A DNA stretch of 63,358 nt, filler included, from Hausera hauseri (lineage: Eukaryota), in assembly GCA_046269625.1 (NCBI GenBank). It is 11 parts of 11 records of this genome, joined end to end, with 100 filler letters (N's around TTAATTAATTAA, not from the genome) between each part and the next. Parts side by side here need not be neighbours in the genome. Positions count along the whole stretch, not along the records: positions 20,524 to 24,569 come from JBJURY010796201.1; positions 24,670 to 28,883 come from JBJURY010696771.1; positions 28,984 to 36,865 come from JBJURY010897618.1; 8 more parts are not named here. One strand, written 5' to 3'. The position numbers and the translations under genes were made by a program. Below, in pieces: positions 22,510 to 33,650 of the stretch. Every line of letters begins with the position of its first letter. The stretch's first letter is position 1. The notes beneath the pieces were generated by a model, which saw nothing but the letters and a program-made list of their open reading frames with translations, did no database searches and was not told the DNA's origin.

Positions 22510-24669
22510 TGTGAACGTGTGAACAAAACAAATAGCATCAAAGTTCTCTTTTCTTGGTAAATCACCCACACGCATCTACGATATCAAAACATTTTGTGGG
22601 TACTTCGTTCCCTGTCTTCCGATTAGGGAAGTTAAAAGTAGTGAAAGGACTGAAAAGGTAATATGAATAAGTAGAGAAAGGAAATGAGATGGAAAGGGGA
22701 CTTCAATACCTATAAGCGATTAGAATAGTTCTAGTTACAGGTCTCGTTGAAATTATGGTTTGTTTGGAATTTTTTGATTGTTTAAATAGTTGCGGAAAAA
22801 TAGTACCTGATATAACCTTTTGTTAGTGTAAAAATTATAGGTTTTTATTTGTTTTCAAGGGTCCACTCACAAGGGAACTATCACTGTAGTGACCAATTTC
22901 CAACCGTGAAAATAATCATGTACATGGATTTCGTATCTACAATCAGAAACGGATTCTATGACAGACAACCAAACATTAATACAAATTTTGCTTAATTTTG
23001 TATGTATATAGTTAAAATATGATATGCACACATACACGACATTCAATTGGTAGAAAATATTTTTCACAAAATGACTAACAAAATATCCATGAAAAAAAGC
23101 CCAGTGAATCCGTGAAATATTTCGACTTTTCAAATTAACGAAACTTACCACAAAACGCAATCGTAGCCAATCGAGACCTTTCCAATGGTGGTGCCCAATA
23201 CCGCCATATTCCATGGCATGCAGGATATGACACACCCTGAATGGGAATATGAAATAAATCAAATCAAACGTTTATTATGGTAATTTTCTAATCATATTCC
23301 GATTCCATGAGCCATAGGAATCTGGCGACAAGAGTACAAACAGTGGGAAATAAGTAGACGAAATATGATACCAAATTTTCCGCTGAAGTTGTTAGAATTT
23401 TTTGTCACATAAACAAAAAGAATATTTTATCGATGACTCATCCGTAAGACAAATTACTATTAAAATTAGGGCCATTTTGAAATTTTGGATTAGTTATCAT
23501 ATGAAAAATGTTAAGATGAATGGAAACAACACTCCGGCTGTCCAAGCTGGTTACAAACAATGCATTTCTCAGAATTCATGAGTCACTTCTGGTGTTCTGT
23601 CAACAGAAATATTACATTAATAATAAAAGAAATATATTAAAAACGAACAATGCAATGATACACAGCAGATTTTTCATAAAGTTTTCCTTTTCTTGAATCC
23701 CCATTGACAAAGAGGTATGGGAAAACAACTAAATACGAATAAGAAATTGGAAAACCATGAGCAAAGTTGCAAAAACTTGGCTTAGGATTGAGGTACTTGG
23801 CAGGATACAACCTCTGCTCCTAGCGACAACCAACAGTTAATGATGATTATGCTACTGTTAAACAGAGTTAAACCATGGAGCTGTTGAGTATTTTTTAATG
23901 TACGAAGGTCTGGTAATGGGGTTTTTCTTTTCAAAGCCATGTGGATTTAAGTGAGGAATATGTGCTGCACTGACTTGTATGAGTGTAGAAGTCTCTGCTG
24001 TGGGTTTCATGTTAAGGTTTGATTCTGTTTGGAATTCTGGTGTGTCCTGTTCTTAATTGCAGGATCAAGCTCTGCTCCACGTTGTTGATATAGTTGTTTC
24101 TTTTAGGGTGATTGTTATGATTGTAATCCTTTAACATCACATAACAAAAAGACATAACGCTTCATAACATGAGACACTAACATTATGATGAGAAAAAAAT
24201 AAGTGAGACGCTTTGATAAAATATAAACTTTAATACTATTTAACATGTCAAATATAACAGGTTTTAACACAATTTATTTATACACTATCTTTGTAATAAT
24301 AAGGAAGAAGGATGGAATCTGGAAACAGAAGACATAAATCCAATAATTTTTTTTGACATTTCAAAGTGTTTAGATAGTGAACACAAAAATTCATAAATTA
24401 AATACAGCTATTAATTATGTGAATATTTGCATATGTGTATCAAATGTTGCAATATCAAAAGCTTCAAATGAACATACATGTTGAGTCAAGTCAGGTATGA
24501 AAGTTTAAGTCAGATCTAACTTCATCAGTGTCATTCAATGCACTGTATTTTGTTTTAAATGTACTGGAGNNNNNNNNNNNNNNNNNNNNNNNNNNNNNNN
24601 NNNNNNNNNNNNNTTAATTAATTAANNNNNNNNNNNNNNNNNNNNNNNNNNNNNNNNNNNNNNNNNNNN

Positions 24670-24953
24670 ATCTCATAATAATCTGTAGAGGTTCGTTTTC
24701 CGTGGCTGCGTCGGTAAACGGTTCTCGTTCTGGTACATTCTTTGGTTCTGTCGTTATGTATTTGGCGGTGGATAAAACATCACTTTGCAAGCCAATGAGT
24801 TGTTCAAATTATGCGTGTGTGAGCGAGCTACCTGTTTTCGTCGAGTACTTTTGTCACTTTCGCCAAAGTATCTTCTATTGTGCATCAACACGGGGAAACC
24901 GTAACTAATTTCGCCTGCCCTAATGGTTTTGCCCACATGGCATCACCGATCAT
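24670..24953 (-). pseudogene. PC4/Sub1-like ssDNA-binding protein (Maverick-borne)
   Basis: KPLGQAKLVTVSP...HNRRYFGESDK...TKTGSSLT...FEQL; orthologous to 40256-40528. Confidence 0.65.
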
Positions 24954-25149
24954 GTAAACGTTGTTGTCAATTCGTGTAAATATTTTGAAATAGAAAGACG
25001 CCCTGGCGTGCGAGTCGCTTATATACCGTTATACCGTTATAACCGGTTTACGCTGGTTTTTTTAAAATTACGTCATAGTTATTTATAGAACAAATTCAAA
25101 TTTGTTTTACGTAACCAAGGTCGTAATAGGCGCCAAACGAGCCTGTCGT

Positions 25150-25430
25150 TGGCGTGCTGTCTCGCAGATGTAAACGGTATGAGGACGCGTCGCATCGATC
25201 CCCTATTTTTTAATCAGGATGAAATAAATGACGTAGAGTCCATACGTGTTGCTAAACACGTCTTGTAAGGGGCGCGCATTATAGATGACAGGTCTGTCAG
25301 AGTTATGTTTAATAAGGGCCACATGTGTGCGGACAATGGTGGAAACCCAAACGAATCAAAGTAGTGAAACGTGCTGACACCATCGTAGTACAAAACTACC
25401 AAATTTTTGGCGCACACCACGACTTGTAAG
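25150..25430 (-). pseudogene. Adenain-like cysteine protease, 5'-deleted
   Basis: VVLYYDGVSTFHYFDSFGFPP matches HWVAxY...YFDSxGxPP; aligns with 39633-40135. Confidence 0.75.
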
Positions 25431-25469
25431 GAATCAAGTTTCGTGGAGGAAAATTTAAACTCTAAACTC

Positions 25470-26647
25470 TAATGAAAGAGGTCCGTTTTTTGCGAGTTCA
25501 AACTGGTCACCGTCCAAAATACTGCGACTTAAATCAAAAGCGTAAAGGATGTAACCGTTTTTAAAATTTCTGTTGTCGACTTTGCAGCCGGCAACCTTAC
25601 CGATCAGACCCATGGCTTGATTGATCCAAAGAACGCTCGGGCATATTGGTCGCGTTCGAAATCCGCCAGTAAACGCTTCCCCGTGGCCGTCCGACCATCG
25701 ACGGTAACGTAGAGATATGTCAGGCCAAAGTATTGGAAGTTGAACGGATTATTTTTGTAGGTACCGTTAAAAGCTGAGGAATTATCTAGCCCGCCTACGA
25801 TTCGCGTGGGCGTTTGTCTGATGAAAAGGTTATCTTGAATGTGCGACAACATTCCTCTGGGGACGCTCAAGGCCGTTATTATGACTCGTTTAATGGGGTA
25901 TTTGGTGTTCGCTGTACTTAAGGCTTTTTCGTGGGCTAGTGAGATGGCTGGATTTAATTTGGCTTTTCTGACTACCAGGACTGAGTACGTTATAATGGAT
26001 TTATAATCGTTCACTGGATTGTCGGCTATAAGGTCTAACGCATCCTTGGACGGGATGAGTTTGTTCTTTTCGTGCACTCCGTTCCGCAATCATCAGTTTT
26101 GCACAAAAATGTCAGAGTGTAACTTTCCCAGCATATCCATTTCTCGACTACCTCAAGCCAAGTCCCAGCGCGCTTTTAGTCCAATGATAGATTCACCTTT
26201 TGCATCCTCAAAAAATTTTGGCGTGTCGTTGAAAAAGAGCCACATTTCGGTGACCCTTTTGACTTCCTGACCATAATTTAAGTTCAATTCAAGATAAGAT
26301 CTGCAAGCGTACGTGTTTTCGCTAGGTGTGATCAACGTATCGTTCAGGGCTACGTCCACTTGTGAAGGTAATTGTTGACTGGGGCAATTGTTGACGTCAG
26401 GTATGTTGTTACCGTTGGCTAAAATGACTTTGACTCTCACGTGTAAAAAAAAGTATTAAACAATTCTAGATACTCTTCGCCGTTTCCAGATATTACACAT
26501 TTCTATAGACGCATCGGGTGCGAGAGAAGCGAGAGGGCGAATTTCTACAAATTGTCCTTCCTCTGTCGCTGTTTGTGTCGGGGGTACGCTAAATAAATCC
26601 AAACCAGAATGAAGGCATTCGCACGAGCCATGGTGAATAAGAGACAT
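25470..26647 (-). pseudogene. Major capsid protein (double jelly-roll, adintovirus hexon/PY)
   Basis: MSLIHHGSCECLHSGLDLFSVPPTQT...SQVDVALN...AHEKALSTANTKYPIKR...AFNGTYKNNPFNFQYF...GYILYAFDL. Confidence 0.92.
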
Positions 26648-27091
26648 TATTAATCAAAGATGTCTGAATCCTCGCTTTATTTTTCTTGGACTCATTATGA
26701 GAAATACTCAGGGCGATCGTCGGTTTTATTCTTTTATTAAAGGGTTCGCCTGGTGGAGTGCTTTTTCTTTTATGCTGGGTACTGCTACCTGATTGGTTGC
26801 CTGCCACGTGGTTCACCGTACCTTGTAGCAGTCTCTGACCAGCTACATTGGCGTGGTCTCTAAAGGATTCGCCTACATTTCTACCAGCTAAAGCCTTCCC
26901 TGAGGAGCAGGGTTTTGCCTCCGGTCTTTAGCCACGGGAGAACCATTCGACCCAAGCCAATAAAGAAACTTCCAATCCCTCTCGCTCTTTGATGTCTACC
27001 ACCAACAAAGACAGAAATCCCATCTCCAGCTTGACTGTGGTAAAAGTCTTTGATGCCTCGGGGTTTCGATGTAAAATGGTATTCTGACCAT
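26648..27091 (-). pseudogene. Putative viral core protein precursor (QxGxG motifs, basic tail)
   Basis: YHSQAGDGISVFVGGRHQRARGIGSFFIGLGRMVLPWLK and C-terminal QSGS...HKRK, in the usual position between mCP and MCP. Confidence 0.7.
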
Positions 27092-27093
27092 CT

Positions 27094-27820
27094 TTACTGG
27101 AAATCGAGTTGTCTCTTCTTCAAAAAATGTAACATCACCACCGATGTTCCGCTCATAAATGGGATCTTTTGTCCCAGCTCATTGGTTAAAAGTATTTCCG
27201 CTGTATCAAAGGAAAAACGGCTCAGTGGTAGGTAATGCGGTTTGTCATAAATTCGGAACACTGAAGACAAATTTTTGTCCAAAATAGGGACAGTTCGCAG
27301 TAGTGGGAAGATGACATCTCCAACGGGTCTTGCTGCTATGAGATCGCAATATATGTACACGTTTCTAAAGTCGCTGTTGAGATTCAACGGTGATTCACCT
27401 ACTAGTCATGACTTGTTGTCTGCGATGTGGTGGTCTCCGAACCCAACCATGCTTCTTAATTTGTTGCTAATAAAAATAAAAATTATGGCATCCTTCTTGT
27501 ACCATTCCAACATGACAGTTTTCGTGACTGGTGACAGAGGACTCTCATTGGTGGGGGTCCAACATCCTTCACCATACCACTGCGGTTATCAAACGATTCA
27601 ATTCAGCTACAAAAGAAACTGGTGAGTTGTACAGACAGGAGGTAACTTAGTTTGTAGGGATCATTTTTTTTAATGTATTGTTTTTGTAATGTATCCACAC
27701 TTCGTCTTCTAGAACGTTAAAATAACTGTTTGGAAATTTAATTTCCACCAAACCAACTTCGTAATTGTAAGTTATGTCTAAGGTTTGCGGCAGTTTTACG
27801 TAAAACTGACCGCGTTTATA
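27094..27820 (-). pseudogene. Minor capsid (penton/PX) copy 2
   Basis: FYVKLPQTLDITYNYEVGLVEIKFPNSYFNV...VYIYCDLIAARPVGDVIFPLLRTV...PHYLPL...IPFMSGTSVVMLHF. Confidence 0.88.
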
Positions 27821-27961
27821 GTCGCTTCTCTGCCTTTAGTTAGATAACCCAGACAGTCCCCCGTGCACTTCACTGCTTCCTCTAGTGTTCATAAACTTGA
27901 GCGTTGCACCGAAAAGTAACGTGTCTCACCATTTTTACTGGAAATCGACTTGTCTCCTGGG

Positions 27962-28660
27962 TCAAAAATGTAATGTCACCACCGATGTGCCGCTCATAAA
28001 TGAAATACCGTTACCTTGATCATCGGTTAAAAGTACTTCTACCGTATCGTAAGAAAACCTATTCAAGGGTAAGTAGTAAAGTGTGTCATAAATCCGAAAG
28101 ACGGCTGTCGACTTTGTGTCCAAAATAGGGACAGTTCGTAACTTAGGGACCATAACATCTCCTTCTGGTCTGGCCGCCACTATATCACAGTACACGTACA
28201 CATTACGTATAAAGATGTCCAAATTCTCTTGCATCTTTCCTAGTTGAAGAGGGTCTTTGTCTGTTATACGGGTTTTTTGAAGTCCGAGTTTATTTTTCAA
28301 ATTTTCGCTAATAACAATGTCCGCACATGACTCGAGTAAAAGTTCAAGTAAAATAGCTTTCTGGGCTTTACGATAATGAATCTTTAACAGCACCTGTTCG
28401 TTGTCTTTCACGGGTAGCAAGGACAGATACTTTCATGGGTATTGTAGAGGCCAGGACTTAGCATGATTTTAAACGCTGGCGTGATGTTGTTCTTCTGTGG
28501 AAGGAAACGTATCCACAAGTCGTCTTTTAAGACGTTAAAATAACTGTTTGGGAATTTAATTTCTGTCAACCCCACTTCGTAATTGGTAGCTAAGTCTATG
28601 GTTTGTGGTAGTTACATATACAAGTGACCGGCTTCATTATCTGGAAAAGTCGACATGTAC
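27962..28660 (-). pseudogene. Minor capsid (penton/PX) copy 1
   Basis: FPDNEAGHL..LPQTIDLATNYEVGLTEIKFPNSYFNV...VYVYCDIV...LRTVP...SVVTLHF. Confidence 0.88.
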
Positions 28661-28840
28661 CCCAGACATAATGACAGTAGAGCGATACCCAATTGTACCT
28701 CGTGTGCATCACTGCTTCCTTCGGACAGATTGAAAAGCGACACGCCGATGACGACATATATAACCAACATCTGAGAGATGAAGACAACCTCAACACGCGG
28801 AAGTAGTTTTCCAAACCACACAAGATGGGTCTTTCTCTTT
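28640..28840 (-). pseudogene. Small two-TM Maverick membrane protein
   Basis: PRVEVVFISQMLVIYVVIGVSLFNLS...LGIALLSLCLGY, a hydrophobic ORF directly upstream of mCP. Confidence 0.55.
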
Positions 28841-28983
28841 GCTTTACATCAAAAACTGCAGTTTATATGGCGGCTTCTTCTTCNNNNNNNNNNNNNNNNN
28901 NNNNNNNNNNNNNNNNNNNNNNNNNNNTTAATTAATTAANNNNNNNNNNNNNNNNNNNNNNNNNNNNNNNNNNNNNNNNNNNN

Positions 28984-29383
28984 TGCACTTTTGTTTAAAC
29001 GCATCAATTTCAAGGGGGGCTATAGGGTTTTGTGCCAGAACTCTCATTTTTCCTCTACTTGCTACCGATTTCACCTGGTCCCGAGTGATAATCGTCAATA
29101 TTAAATTTATCGGAAATCCGATATTATGAATTTTTCCAAACTTGCACATGTGCTGAACATCTGCACAGTGCCACAATCAATGCACCTCGATGTGCACTAT
29201 CGACTAGCACTTTGTTCCGATTGATTCGATCAATACTGCACTGTTCAGCGATTGATTTGTCAAAAGTGCAAAAATGTGCACTTTATGGATCGATATTGCA
29301 CCGGGTGAACTAGCGATCGGCATATGTGCAATATCGATTCGCACACCCCGGGGGTGGGGCAGAACCGCCATTTTATCACTACT
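28984..29383 (-). repeat. Two stacked Maverick terminal repeats (ends at 29059 and 29383)
   Basis: The minus strand reads AGTAGTGATAAAATGGCGGTTCTGCCCCACC from 29383 and AGTAGAGGAAAAATGAGAGTTCTGGCAC from 29059, with repeated TGCAC/ATCGAT motifs. Confidence 0.68.
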
Positions 29384-29493
29384 GCGTCAATATCTATAAA
29401 TTCTGTCGCCATTACTTATCATGTACAAAATAATTTTTTGTTTATAACGCAAAAAACAACTAACTATTGTTATTATTATTATCATCACAATCA

Positions 29494-29950
29494 TTATACA
29501 TACGTGGTTTTGTCTATATCACCAAAGCCAAATTCTGTGCGTTCATTTTGTGCCGATTCATTGACACAAAACAGTCCCCATTGTTCCGGTGACATTACAC
29601 TGAATTCGGCCTCTTCACATCGAAGAAAAACGATTTGTGCGATTGTACTGCCTTTCGAAAAGGCATGCAGTTCACCGGATTGGTTTTCCAGCAACACCTT
29701 AATTTCACCACGAAAGTCTATTAATGACACCGCCCACAACCGTCAGTCCGAGCTGTGTCAGTCAGCTTTTCGATAAAAGTTGGCCGTAGTAACCCGCTGG
29801 AATCGCCAATCAAATCCCAGTCGTTATGCATTTGATTGCACTGTCCGGACTTGTCGTATTGACATTGGAAAACACATCGTAGCCTGCACTGTTTTCCGTA
29901 ACACGTCTAGGTACAAAGGCATATTCGTCTGTTAAACATAATCTTTACAT
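29494..29950 (-). pseudogene. Trimeric dUTPase
   Basis: Motifs SAGYDV, IPAGYYGQL, GGVI/DFRGEIKV, IAQIVF, RTEFGFG; stops and a frameshift. Confidence 0.9.
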
Positions 29951-30059
29951 TATTCATTATCATTATTCTTATACCAATATTAAAATTACAGGTATATTTA
30001 TACTCGTTAATTGGGTTGATGAAAGAAGAAGAACGGTAAAACAAAACAACAATAATATT

Positions 30060-30752
30060 TATTGATAATTGAAATGTGCTTCAGCTACACGCCAAATCGG
30101 GCTTTTGATACCGGCTTTTTACTTGTATCCTTGCAAGTCGATGTTCAGTAGACAATTTAAATCATCAACCGATACATTAGAAATTTAGCGACCGATAAAA
30201 TCAAACAATTTCGTTTTCTGAGCCGGTAAAACGACAGATTGCTATTGCTCGGTCATTTCGTTCAACTTTAAATCCACGTTTAATTGATATAGAGCATCAG
30301 AAAGTTTATCCAAATTTTCACCCGAAGGCCGTTTTACACGGTAGCTGTACTTGGGTGAGCATAGAGACACGGGATCATTCAATGAAATCAGTATGGGCAT
30401 TTGCAGAAAATGAATTTCATACTTGCGAAAATTTTGTTTCAGTAAAAATGTCTGTGTTTGGCGCAACGGTTTTGATTTTCTTTTACGTATTTCAGTCATT
30501 GCATTTAGCATTTTAACATCGGTTTTGCTGCTTATGATAATTTCTGAGCAAGTTCCTTTTTCGTTTCCAGACAATTTCCCTGACTACAATCGTTATTAGA
30601 AGGTTTATCTAATTGTTGGACAGATTCTGTTTTCGTTTCCAGCAGTTTGACATTAGAATTGTCCTTTTGTAGCAAAACAACTACCACCAATCTGAACTTT
30701 CATCATTCGCACAAGTATCATTGAGTAGAATCGCTTTATCGTCGTCTTCCAT
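30060..30752 (-). pseudogene. Unknown Maverick protein, possibly OB-fold SSB-like
   Basis: Interrupted frame between TBP-like and dUTPase, ending LNIDLQGYKxKAGIKSPIWRVAEAHF. The fold call is a guess. Confidence 0.3.
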
Positions 30753-30764
30753 GGCCGTAATGCC

Positions 30765-31268
30765 TTAATAACCATGGGAATGGTACTTATAGTTTGCTGT
30801 GCAATGCAAATTATTTTGATTCACTAAAACATTTATGTGGTTTTTAATTTGATTAATAACCAGTTCATAGTCCACTGTCCCAATACCGAGTACAACAATT
30901 TTTCTACTGCTAAACACATTGACACAAAGCGAGCAAAACGATATCCGTCTCAGTGCAGGAAACAGTTCGTGTTCATACGTACATTCAGTGGACATTGCTA
31001 ATTTGTACAGATTGATTGTTTGATAGTCTAATTAAGTCGTTACCGTTATTGATTGAATTTGGTCAATGACAATTCCGAATGGTAGTAGTTTACCAGCTGT
31101 GATTGGTTTGAAACAACTTATAATACGACACTTTCCCGACTGAAATATGATAGATGTAATATCCGGTTGACGCTTGAAGCTATATTGTATCGGCTTCCAT
31201 TGATTAAAAGGTAGTGTGTTAATGTCACACTCGGTAACATGTCCGCGATAATTGATATTAGCTAACAT
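30765..31268 (-). pseudogene. TATA-binding protein (TBP)-like
   Basis: Two TBP repeats: LANINYRG...TSIIFQSGKCRI and IQSITVT..L...INLYKLA...CTYEHELFPAL...VNVFSSRKIVVLG (TBP: YEPELFPGL...IFxSGKVVLTG). One in-frame stop at 31032. Confidence 0.82.
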
Positions 31269-31370
31269 TATGGAAACAGTATTTATACTATAGCTATTTA
31301 TAAGTGTGTAACACAATTATAAACAAATCATGTGAGGAAAGATCGTATTATTCTTATTATTATTACTTAG

Positions 31371-31991
31371 ATGAAGCTGCAGAATGATGCAATTTTTCAT
31401 ATTTTAGGCCCCAGTACAAGTGGAAAACACATTTTGTGTGTAAACTATTGCAGAACTACCGTTACATGTTCCAGTCACCGCGGTACATTTACATATACTG
31501 GCATCAGGTGTTAATGGTAAGTCCGCTTTGACACATCGGGAATTTTGTAAACTAAAATCGATGGGTTTGATGCGAACTGGTCTGAGAGATTACGCAAAGC
31601 TGACGTTATTGTCACCGACTATTTATTTCAGGAAGCCGGAAAACAACCGGACTTCAACAACCTGTTCACGAAGATTGCGCGGCACCGTGGTGTTACGGTT
31701 ATTTTCATTACGCAAAACATGTTCCATTAGGGCGGACAGCATCAAACAAGAAATCTAAACGTACACTATTTGGTGTCGTTCAAAAATCCCCTTAATCAGA
31801 CTATGATTGATTATGTTGCACGACAAGTATTTCCTCACAACCGAACCAACTTGATAGATGCATATCATGATGCGACGACCCAGCCACACGGATACTTGTT
31901 CACTGACTTTACACAAGAGTGCACCGATGAAATGTGTGTACGAACAGACATTTTCAATCAGAAAGGTGTGTGTGTCTATAAACAAATTTGA
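31371..31991 (+). pseudogene. A32/FtsK-HerA DNA packaging ATPase
   Basis: Walker A GPSTSGK; LFTKIARHRGVTVIFITQNMF; NVHYLVSFKNP...ARQVFP...AYHDATTQPHGYLFTD. Confidence 0.92.
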
Positions 31992-32015
31992 AAATCGACA
32001 AGATGATTTTGTAAA

Positions 32016-32516
32016 ATGAAGAATTTTCGAAAAACTATTGGTAAACGTAAACCTACCAAGCAGATGTCTGGCAAGAAACGTGTATCAAAATGAATTGCTA
32101 CGGTCAAGCGATTAATTAATTCTGTGCTTCGAACAACTAGATGCAAATTACCATCACAGTGGCAACGGTTATAAACAACTACGTCTCGTCAGCATCAACA
32201 CGTCAAAAAAATTTGATTCAAACGTAGTCAGCCGTACTTTATTGCTTTGCTCAAGGCATCTACGAGACATAAGCGAAACATGCTGAGATCATTCCCGCAG
32301 TTTGTAGTAGACAATTTGATGGAAATTTTATACAATATCATTGTGGGTCACGTTGACATTGATAGTGGGAAGCGGAATTTACTAAAGTATCGTAGTAAAC
32401 GATTGAAATGAGAGGTCATATACCAGCAAGATGGCGGATTCCTTGGTGCAATTCTACCGATTGTCACGTCATTACTGGGTGTACTCATTAATTCTACAGC
32501 ACAGTATAAACAATGA
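32016..32516 (+). pseudogene. Adenovirus pX-like core/membrane-active protein
   Basis: LMEILYNIIVGHV...QQDGGFLGAILPIVTSLLG: a GG/F adenain-type cleavage site followed by an amphipathic helix. Confidence 0.65.
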
Positions 32517-32649
32517 CGGCAAGTATATGGTGATTTGCGATATTGGTGCATGGTTTTCATCATTTTGTCCACGTTTACCGAATCTTTCATTAACGTTTCG
32601 TTCTAATGGCTGCAATGCTAACAAAAACGACATCATTGACGACAACAAT

Positions 32650-33650
32650 GGGCGACGTGCGGTTCGATTCGGGTCACCCGTCGAATATACTGGCTACGAC
32701 AAACTGGCAAAGACTGTCAAACAGATTCAGCAACAGAACCCACGTTGGCTCGGGAAACAGCATACTGCCTAAACAAACCGATAAGAAGGCGGTTTCCAAC
32801 TCGTGCATGCCGCGCTGCCGGTGTAAATAATGTATGGCAAATGGATCTGATGAAAATAATTCCGTACGCCAACATCAACGATGGACATCGGTACGTGCTA
32901 ACGTGCGTTGATGTGTTTAGTCGTTTTGCACGTTCAATTGCCGTGAAATCTAAATCCGGTAAAGAGATTGCCGACGCTGTCTACACACTGATACAACAAC
33001 AACAGCCGAAGCATTTACAAACGAATTTGGGTAAGGAATTGTACAACAACCACGTTGCAGCGGTCTTGAAATGGTTCGGCGTAAACCACTACTCAATATT
33101 TTCCCAATATAAGGCTGCCCTCGTTGAACGATTTAATCGAACATTGCGCGGTCGCCTAAACAAATTCTTTACGAAGCAGGGCAACAAACGCTGGGTAGAT
33201 GTACTACCGGATAGTATTCATGCATACAATCATTCGACACATTGTGGTATAGTTGGATTACGGCCGGTAGACGTAATCGATAATTTTAACAAGTGACTTC
33301 ATCACAACAGACGAGGACGACAGGCAACTAAACCCCCAAAATATAAAATTGGTGCTTACGTACGTATTTCGAAAATAAGTACGACGCTATTTATTAAAAA
33401 TTTCAATCAGAACTGGAGCGACGAGGTTTTCCGCATATCGGCAATCAACGCAAAACAAACACCTGTCATGTATGTTTTAGAGGATAAAACCGGTGAAAAA
33501 ATACGTGGTAAAATCTACGAACAAAAACTGAAGGTACTGCCCGAGAAACGCGATGTATATCGTATTCAGGAAATTCTACGTTCACGTGGCAAAGGTTCGA
33601 ATAAACAACATCTAGTCAAGTGGTACGGATTGGCACGCAGATTGAGTGAT
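32650..33650 (+). pseudogene. Maverick rve (DDE) integrase with C-terminal SH3-like and chromo domains
   Basis: WQMDL...YVLTCVDVFSRF...LQTNLGKE...KAALVERFNRTL...YNHSTH; KYKIGAYVRISK...NWSDEVF; YRIQEIL...HLVKWYG. In-frame stop at 33294. Confidence 0.94.

Larger units (their letters stand above)
24670..28883 (-). mobile_element. Decayed Maverick/adintovirus morphogenesis block (small TM protein, 2x minor capsid, core protein, MCP, adenain, PC4-like)
   Basis: Gene order and motifs listed in the individual features; all genes carry frameshifts or stops. Confidence 0.92.
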
